The notes below the pieces were generated by a model, which was given only the letters and a program-made list of their open reading frames with translations, ran no database searches and was not told the origin of the DNA. Positions 55,529-64,000 of a stretch of DNA of 64,000 bases are shown here, in pieces. The position numbers and the translations under genes were made by a program. Each line of letters begins with the position of its first letter. The stretch's first letter is position 1. Source of the DNA: the human T2T-CHM13v2.0 reference genome, Homo sapiens; NCBI RefSeq assembly GCF_009914755.1, contig NC_060932.1. One strand, written 5' to 3'.

Positions 55529-58500
55529 CCATCTATTGAATGTTCATAGCAATCCTCTGAGGTAGGTGCTATTTTTATCTCCATTTTTCAGATGAGAACC
55601 CTGAGTTGCACAGATAATACATAATCTGCCCAAGCTAGTAAGGGGTGGAGCTGAATTTGAACCATGAGGGAGGGCATTATGTCCATTTTGGCCACCATGA
55701 TTTTCCTAGAGCTTGCAGAATGCATGGCAGGCACATACAAGAAACTCAACACATATCAAGGAGTTAAGTGAAGACTAAGAGAAAACTAAGATTTAGGGTT
55801 GATAGATGTAGGACATGAAGGGGTGAGATGGGTCATGGGTCACTCCTCACCTTCTTGCCTGGTGATTACGGTGCCTGTGGTGTCACCAGTTGAGATAGGG
55901 TATTAGGAGGAAGAACAAGTCTAAGCGGTAGGTAAGAAACTTATTTTTATATGCTGTTTTAAAGTTATCTGTGGACCAATTGTGTGATGTGGAGATGTTC
56001 AGCACATTTTTGTAAATAAAAGAAAAAGAAATACAATTTCTCCCTTTGGAATGCTCACAGAACTATCAGATATAATCACAATTCAATGCTGCAATAAAAC
56101 TGGGTAGAGAAGAGGGGGAGAAAGTGTGAGAACAGGTGGAGTGAGCCTCCCATTTTGTATAATTCTTTATTATCGTACCTTAAAACTCCTTAGGTGTTGA
56201 GGAGGAAGTGGAATCATTGATCAGACCTGAGGAGCTATTCTGGTCTTGACACTTAAGCGGTGGGGTGTCTGGAATTGAGTCTATTCTGGTTAATAGTTCT
56301 TCCCAATTGTTCTCCCAATTAGGCAATGTTTCATCTCTCTGTCATACCGGATTTCCTTCTTTTTTGAATAGAGCCTCCCTACAATAACCCACTTTCCTTA
56401 ATTAACTTAAAATGCTGTTCACCCACCACCTAGTTGATATCTAAGTGATTTTGGTAATCAGATGTCCTGTGGAGGTGGGCATGAGAGAGAACCCATGATG
56501 TCTACTGAGACACAGTTCCAACTGGACTCCTTTAAGGTCTTAGGTAGATGAGTTATCACAAGAGATCCAGAGCTCCAAGAAAAGAAGGAAGACCTTTGAG
56601 GATAAATACTTCAGAAATGAAGGTGAAGATCACAGTGGGGGAACTTTATTCCTTCCATCATTTCTGACCATATTTTCCTTCATCCTCACCAAGGGAAGTG
56701 GGTTTTTATGATGGGAGATTTTGAAATTGGGAGAGGACTTGGAAGGGTTAAAATGGGAGATTTTTGATTAACCTGGACTGTTTCAGTGCCTCATAGTTGA
56801 GGCACTGTTTCTGCCTCTTTGGGGCCCCTTGCCTCTAAAAGGATTGAAAATTCTCCCCAATTACTACAGCCTGTTGAGTAATCTTTGCATCACCCTGGCA
56901 ATCCTGAAGACATGAGTTAATAATTGGAGATAACACTTCCACTGATGTACATGGTTCCCATTTTAGCTGCATGGCAACACTGTGGGTAAATTATTATTTA
57001 TCCTATTTTATTGAATAAAAAATGGATGCTCAGAATGATAAGAGACTTCTCTAAGAGGATACAGCTGGTAATGGCAGAATCAGAACTTTTTCTTATAATT
57101 CTTGATTTTTGGGCCAAAGGTTGTTTCCGCCACACTATAGTGCATTGAAAAAGCACTATATTCCCTGTGTATTCTCATTCTCTTTCATTTACCTCAATGG
57201 CTCGCTTTACCTAAGTAGGTCAAGTGTCTGATACGTGGTATGGGACTTCAAGAAAACAGAATTCCCTTTCCCATGCCCACACAAAAATCTGGCCAAAACT
57301 AAGAGGCACCTGATATGTGGGCGGGTCACAGTGCTACTGCACAATGACTGGAAGGCAAATGCACAATTGCACGATGCCCAGATAGCCATGTCACGGGAAG
57401 AAAGCATGCTGGAGGAGTTGTCAGGAGGCCTGAGCCCCAGGTTTGTTGTCTGCCCATTCCGTAAGCCAGGTAATCTCTCTGGGGTTCAGTCCTTGTTTGT
57501 CAATTAGGAAAACCAGCCTGCCCCTCTCACAGGCAGGGGAAAGAACTGGGTAAATCTGTCAGGCTCTATACAGCTCTAAAGTAGTGCTATAATTATCCTA
57601 GAGGCATTTGAACCTGAAACCTGATATATAATTGCTTCTCTCCACATGAGAAATATGATGAGACGCTTGCTTGATTCTTTCACCCACTGGGGAACAGCAG
57701 TTATCTAGGGGGCATTTGGCTTGGTTTTTAATCATGCACAGGTGTTGTAAGATTCTGGCAGCATAGAGCCTCTCTAGATGCCCCCTTCACAATCTCTGCA
57801 TGTAGAGACAGAGATAAGATTATTTACACACCATTCCGTTATTCACAGCCTCTTGGAATGTGGCATTAAATAATTCAGAGACCATACAAGCTTGGGGATT
57901 GAGGTGAAGCTGATAGTTTTGCAGATACAGCATGCAGCAGCCACAGAAAAGCCAATTCCAATCCAAGTGCACGTGGGAACAATTGTTGGGTACCAAATGC
58001 TCATCAGAATCCTGGAGAAGGGCCTTCCTTCCCTGTGGTCCAAAACAGACTCTGGATCTGTTGTGGGATGGGGAGCTTTGTCTCTGTGTATGAAAATATC
58101 CACCCTCCAGCCACCTTCTAATCTAATGCTCCTTGGAGGCCACTCATAGGAATTCTCTATCACACCTGGTGTAGTCCAGTCCCATACAAGGTGTTTGATG
58201 AATATTTTTGATGGAATGGTCTTTGTTTTATTAGCTGCTTGCTGTCCAATAGCAATGGCATTAGCAGAGTCATCAGGAGTCAGAAGACCCAGGTCCTATT
58301 CTTTCACCTACTAGTCTGGTGACTGTATTGGCCATGGAAAATCTGAGAGGATGAAGAGCAAAGAATCAAGGGAAAATTGGGTCCAGAGAAGAAGCCAAGA
58401 GTGAGGAGGATGCCAAAGAGGGGAGTTTCAGGCAGGAAGTGTGGTGAAGAAGATCAAACAGTAGGCATTTGTGGAGGAAGAGTTCAGGGAAGCAATCACT

Positions 58501-58854
58501 GAGTTTGGCAGTGAGGAGGTGGTCCATGCTTATCTCTGGCTTCTTAAGTAAAGCCTTCTTTCTCCGCAGGCCCATGAGCATCAGCCCATTTGAGGTCCAC
58601 CTGATACTTGGCTTCCTGGCTTCTCACTTTCTGCAATTGGCTCCTGGGCTCCAGGACTCCCTGGCCTCACATGCTGGCTCTGAATCCTTTCCCAGGCCTT
58701 CCTCTCAGCTTGGCAAGCTGTCCAAACCTTTCTTGGGCTTACAGACCTCCGGACCTCACTCCTTCTTGACTCTAAATTTACTCTTGATTCAGTGCAACCT
58801 GCAGCTGTGGACAAGAGGCCCTGCTCCTCTGCTTGTCTCCCAGCCCCATGGAAT

Positions 58855-59348
58855 TGTTATTGGCAGAAGGTGTCCAGGTCCTTGGCATCTCAAACAAAGA
58901 ATTGGACAAAACACAGAAAGCAAGGAAAGCAAAAGCAGAGATTTATTGAGAATGAAGGTACATTCCGCAGTGTAGGAGTAGCCTGAACATAGGGGCTCAA
59001 GAGCCTCAGTTACAGAATTTTTTTGGGTTTCAATTCTCTAGATGTTTCCCATTGGTTACTTGGTGTATTTCTGTGCAAATGAAGAGGATGAAGTGAAGTA
59101 ACAGAGTCATTTACTCAGAATGTGCCCTATTGTAAATGGAGAGGATGTTACTTAGTGCGCGTGGTCTATGTAAATGGAGAGGATGAGTGTGAAGTTACAA
59201 AGTGTAAATGGCGTGAATGGAGAGGATGAAGTTACAAAGCCATTCACATTCCTGTCATTGCTGAAGTGCTGTCATTTGATTTAGTTCCAGGAAGTCAGCG
59301 TGGATCGGCATTATGTTCCCTGCCTCCGGGCCCTATCCTCCTGCCTCG
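58855..59348 (-). mobile_element. MER61-family ERV1 solo LTR
   Basis: gtccaggtccttggc...aacaaagaattggacaaaac...ccattggttacttgg, repeated gtaaatggagaggatg, ends gttccctgcctcc...ctcctgcctc; TSD GAAT. Confidence 0.85.
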
Positions 59349-59453
59349 GAATCTTCCAAGGCCAGGAGGACTCCTAGTTTCAGGTTTCAGATGGACATCA
59401 CTGATCACCTCCAAAAGGGAGGCTTAGGGGACTTATTAGTTCACCTGCTAGAT

Positions 59454-59749
59454 TTTATTTTATTATTTATTTATGAGACAAGATCTTGCCCAGGCTGGAG
59501 TTCTGTGGTGCGAACACAGCTCACTGCAGCCCCAACTTTACAGACTCAAGTGATCCTCCTGCCTCAGCCTCCATAGCAGCTGGGATTATAGGTGTGTGCT
59601 ACCATGCTGGGCTAATTTTTTAAATTTTTAATAGAGACAAGGTATCCCTATGTTGCCTAGGCTGGTCTTGAACTCCTGGGCTTAAGTGATCCTCCCGCCT
59701 TTGCCTCCAAAAGCTCTGGGATTACAGGCATGAGCTACTGTGACCAGCC
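59454..59749 (-). mobile_element. AluJ
   Basis: Antisense J-type Alu; TSD t(c/g)acctgctagat at 59441-53 and 59750-62. Confidence 0.94.
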
Positions 59750-60120
59750 TGACCTGCTAGATGTTAAAAAATTATGAGTACAATAATCAGCACTCTCATG
59801 TTGCAAGTGACAGAAAGCTGGTGATGGAGTATAGTCGCAGATAAAGCGTGGGTGCTCTGTCAGGTCCTTCCTGCCAAGGGCTGGGGACATGGGTCTATTG
59901 GATGAGTGTGCTGGGCAGTGGCCAGGGCAGGCCTGTTGCTTCTCAGAGCCAAAGGAACTTGGGCATTATGGCCTGGATGAAGGATTGAGACATTAAGGGA
60001 CAGCCTGGAGGTGCAAGCTCAATGGACTTAGGCTGAGAGGCAAGAAATGGGTTCTGTTTTTCGTGAGGAGTGATAGAGGAGCATGGAAAGGAGGGGGGAG
60101 TAGGAGAGGCCCTCTGAGGC

Positions 60121-60501
60121 TTTCATGTGCATTGGTTAGTGTGAAGAGACCACCAAACAGGCTTTGTGTGAGCAATAAAGCTTTTTAATCACCTGGGTGC
60201 CAGTGGGCTGAGTCCGAAAACAGAGTCAGTGAAGGGAAATAGGGGTGGGGCCATTTTATAGGATTTGGGTAGGTAGTGGAAAATTACAGTCAAAGGGGGT
60301 TGTTCTCTGGCTGGCAGGGGTGGGGGTCACAAGGTGCTCAGTGGGGGAGCTTTTGAGCCAGGATGAGCCAGGAGAAGGAATTTCACAAGGTAATGTCATC
60401 AGTTAAGGCAGGAACCGGCCATTTTCACTTCTTTTGAGATTCTTCACTTGCTTCAGGCCATCTGGATGTATTCGTGCAGGCTTGGGCTCAGAGGCCTGAC
60501 A
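60121..60501 (-). mobile_element. LTR7 (HERV-H) solo LTR
   Basis: Reverse complement begins tgtcaggcctctgagcccaag; gtgtgaagagaccaccaaacaggctttgtgtgagcaataaagc; TATA (ttttata 60254-60); TSD ga(g/a)gc. Confidence 0.95.
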
Positions 60502-60801
60502 GAAGCATGTTAAGCAGTGGGGGGAGGTCTGTAGAGGGTGCCTGCTGCCCTGTTAGAACGTGAGGAGGGTGAACATAGGGTGGATTTAGACTGGTCAGGC
60601 CTGCGGGCATGGGTTGAGGGACTTGTCTTAGTAATGAACCATAGAAATGTTCCCTGAAAGTATAGTCTTGAGGGGCTGGTCTTAGATAGGAGAAGAGATA
60701 CCCTTACCTGAAAGGAAGACTGAAGACACAGGAGAATGTTGAGGGGAAGAGGAAGGAGCTGAGGGTGCTGCTGTTCATGGGTAGAAGGGCAGGTTTAGGG
60801 G

Positions 60802-61192
60802 TGCTGGATATCTGTCCTGCCCAAATCTTGTGTTGAAATGTAATCCCCAATGCTAGAGGTGGGGCCTGGTGGGAGGTGTTTGGGTCATGGTGGTGGGATT
60901 CCTCATGGATTGGTGCTGTTGTTGCGATAGTGAGTGAGTTCTGTGGGATCTGGTTGTTTAAAAGTATGTGGCACCTCCCACCACCCTTGCTCTGGCTCTC
61001 GTCAATTGGCACATCTGCTCCCTCCTTGCCTTCCGCCATGAGTAAAAGCTCCCTGAGGCCTCACCAGAAGCAGATGTAAGCACCATGCTTCTTGTATAGC
61101 CTGCAGAATTGTGAGCCAATTGAATCTCTTCTCTTTGTAAATTGCCAAGCCTCAAGTTTTGCTTTACAGCAATGCAAGAACAGCCTAATACA
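60802..61192 (+). mobile_element. MSTA/B MaLR solo LTR
   Basis: cccaaatcttgtgttgaaatgtaatccccaatg...cagcaatgcaagaacagcctaataca. Confidence 0.88.
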
Positions 61193-61444
61193 GCAAGTTC
61201 TGCAGAGATGAGCATGATTCCTGGGTCAGAAAATGCTTGGCCATGTGAAATGGCTAAGAGGCTGGGACTCAGGCATCCAGATGTGTGGCAGGGAAGCTAA
61301 TGTCACTAACCAGGATTCACATATTTTTGAGCTCCTGTGATATTTCAGGAACTTGACATGGGCTGTCATTTTCAATCCTTAGAACACCATACTACAGAAA
61401 ATGTATTGTTTTGCAGATGAGAACATGGCAACTTAGAGACGTAA

Positions 61445-61778
<334 letters not shown>

Positions 61779-61924
61779 CCTGAGATGAGATTTTTATCTT
61801 AATCTTTCTGTCTGCAACAGTCCTTGTCTTTCTACGATGCCCACATAAATGGAACTAAGAGTGACTTTTTTCATCAGCACATCATCACCATAATTTATCA
61901 TAAACTCCAATAACGACATGACCC

Positions 61925-62097
61925 AAGCTAGAAGAAAAGAATTGTAATGTTCCCAAATAAGAAAAAAAATGTTTGAGGTGATGGACATTACAATTACCCT
62001 GATTTGATCATTATATATTATACATAGGTATCAAAATATCACATGTACCCCCTAAAATATACATAACTATGATATATTGATAAAAAATACAAAAAAC
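61925..62097 (+). mobile_element. Short L1MA3/4-like 3' end
   Basis: aatgtttgaggtgatgg...aaaatatcacatgtacccc...A-tail; flanking acatg(a/g)ccca duplication. Confidence 0.82.
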
Positions 62098-62133
62098 CCA
62101 ACATGGCCCAGCTTTGAAACTACAACAAATATA

Positions 62134-62677
62134 CAGCAGTTACCCTTTATCTACAGTTTTGCTTTCTGTGGTTTCAGTTATCATGGCCCAAAAATATTAA
62201 ATGGAAAATTCCAGGAATAAGCAATTCATAAGTTTTGAATTGCATGCTATTCTAAGTAGCATGGTGAAGTCTCACACTATCTTGCTCCATCCGGCCCACG
62301 ACATGAATCATCCCCTTGTCCAGTGTTTCTATGCTGTACGCGCTAGCTGCCCATTAGTCATCTAGCAGCCATCTCAGTTATTAAATCGACCGTCATGGTA
62401 TCACAGTGCCTGTGTTCAAGTAATCCTTCTTTTACTTGATAATGACCTCAAAGAGCAAGAGTAGTGACGTTGGCATATTGTTATCATTGTTCTATTTTAT
62501 TATTAGTTATTATTGTTCATCTCTTATGGTGCTTAATTTTCAAATTAAACTTTATCATAGATACACATGCATAGGAAAAAAAACCCAGTACATATAAGGG
62601 TTCAGTTCAATACTCAGTTGCAGGCGTCTGCTGGTTGTCTTGTTACGTATCCCCTGAGGATAAGGGCGGGATTACAG
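62134..62677 (+). mobile_element. MER44B-like (Tigger, TcMar) non-autonomous DNA transposon
   Basis: Degenerate TIRs cagcagttaccctttatc and gataagggcgggattacag; TA TSDs; aaaaatattaaatggaaaattccagg body. Confidence 0.88.
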
Positions 62678-63062
62678 TAACGTCATTTATAAGAGCATGA
62701 ACCACTTCCACTTCAGTGTTTTTCCATCGCTTGTAATTTACTTATTTCATCAAATTCTGATCTTCACAAGATTAATTAACACAGGAAATTGGTCCCCCAG
62801 TTGTGATTAAAACTAGATTTTTTTTTTTATATTTCAATATATGCTTTTTTGGGGGCTTATTCTGCTTCCTGCACATTATAGGATTTACTATATTTACAAG
62901 GGACTGATTAAAAGAAGAGGATTTGTCTCAGTGACTGTGTGTCTCCTGTTACTACTCCAAGCTCAGGCCTTGCCATGTGCTGCAACCTGCACTGATGGAC
63001 ACGGAGGACAGGGATGAGTGTGGACAGAATGCCTGCAATGTGCCAGATTCAGAACTGACATG

Positions 63063-63372
63063 GGCCAGGTGCAGTGGCTCATGCCTCTAATCCCAACACT
63101 TTGGGAGGCCAAGGCAGGAGGATTGCTCAAGGCCAGGAGTTCAAGACCAGCCTGGGCAACAAAGCAAGATTTCATATCTACAAAATAAAAATAAACATAA
63201 AAATATTAGCCTGGCATGGTGGCATGTGCCTGTCTTCCCAGCTACTTGGGAAGCTGAGGTGGGAGAATTGTAGGAATTTGAAGCTGCAGTGAGATGTGAC
63301 TGTGGCACTGCACTAAACAGCCTAGGTGACAGAGTGTGAGACACTGTCTTAAACAAAATAAAAAAGAAAAGA
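63063..63372 (+). mobile_element. AluJ
   Basis: ggaggattgctcaaggccaggagttcaagaccagcctgggcaac; degraded right arm; A-tail. Confidence 0.92.
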
Positions 63373-63399
63373 ATAACAGACATGATCTCATTTCACTCT

Positions 63400-63430
63400 C
63401 AAAAAAATAAATAAATAAATAAATAAATAA
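63400..63430. repeat. (AAAT)n microsatellite
   Basis: aaaaaaataaataaataaataaataaataaa. Confidence 0.9.
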
Positions 63431-63709
63431 ACCTGGAAAGTAGGTCTTGCTAGTATACCCATTTTGCAGATAGGGAATAGCATGTCTAGTAAATGGTGGT
63501 ACCTGGTCTTGTCTGAATCTAAAGTTTATCCTTGTCCCACAGCCTCTTGGTCCTAACCACATTTCTTTCAAAATGCTTCCAGGCATTGGATGTGGAAGAT
63601 CTGCTTTCAAACTGCATGGATAAAGGTTGGAAATATCACCCTCCTAGCTTAAGACTTAGGCTTCCTCTGCCCAAACACTTATCAAATTGATTGTAGTGGC
63701 TGATTTCAT

Positions 63710-63940
63710 TGCTTTTCTTTCCTGCTAGACTGTAGGTTTTATGAGGCAGGGACTCAGTTTGTTTTGCTAACTATGAATTCTATGTCTCTGGTACATTGTA
63801 GGTGCTCAAGAAATATGTGTTGAATGAATAAATCCCATTTTATAGCTGAGGGGCCTCCATTCCCAAGAAGTTAATAAAATGTGGAGTCAAGACTCAAATT
63901 TACTCCCTGCCTCAGAGTTGGCCTACTTCCTACTCTTTAA
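63710..63940. mobile_element. L2 3' end (+) abutting a MIR (-)
   Basis: gtaggtgctcaagaaatatgtgttgaatgaata, then cccattttatagctgagg. Confidence 0.65.
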
Positions 63941-64000
63941 AAGGTTTTGGGATGAGGTGTTGTTGGTGTTTGTGAAGAGGGAGGAAGAGGCCAAAGTTAG

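Noticed and set aside
56784-56807. Terminator-like hairpin cagtgcctca-tagt-tgaggcactg followed by ttt
   Set aside because: A 10-bp short-loop stem is near chance expectation in 64 kb, and intrinsic terminators are not relevant to Pol II DNA.
58469-58975. 168-aa ORF as a gene
   Set aside because: It runs from an L2 relic into the MER61 LTR, has a non-ATG start and shows no recognisable domain.
58855-59348. p53 response element in MER61
   Set aside because: Some MER61 subfamilies carry p53 sites, but I could not find an RRRCWWGYYY pair in this copy by eye; a PWM scan would settle it.

Overview
This is primate, most likely human, non-coding genomic DNA (intronic or intergenic). It is CpG-depleted, has no CpG island, and a large fraction is recognisable interspersed repeat: 14 Alu/FLAM copies, many MIR and L2 relics, MaLR LTRs (MLT1, MST, THE1), ERVL LTRs (MLT2A, LTR16/33-like), ERV1 solo LTRs (LTR7/HERV-H, an LTR21/46-like element, MER4A1, MER61), old L1M/HAL1 fragments and DNA-transposon relics (MER58B, MER102, Charlie-type, MER44). 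I found no credible protein-coding exon, tRNA, rRNA or CRISPR array; the listed ORFs are chance or repeat-derived. Repeat families were recognised by eye from remembered consensus sequences, so subfamily names and the boundaries of old elements are approximate; boundaries marked by target-site duplications (TSDs) were read directly. I cannot support a genuinely new biological system here. The structures most worth checking are an unexplained ~110-bp inverted duplication at a truncated MER58B (11752-12195), a 6x70-bp VNTR built from a DNA-transposon end (20229-20647), an ancient 5'-inverted L1 with an intact 13-bp TSD (24782-25438), and five solo LTRs clustered in ~9.5 kb, including families linked to embryonic or pluripotency promoters (51647-61192).
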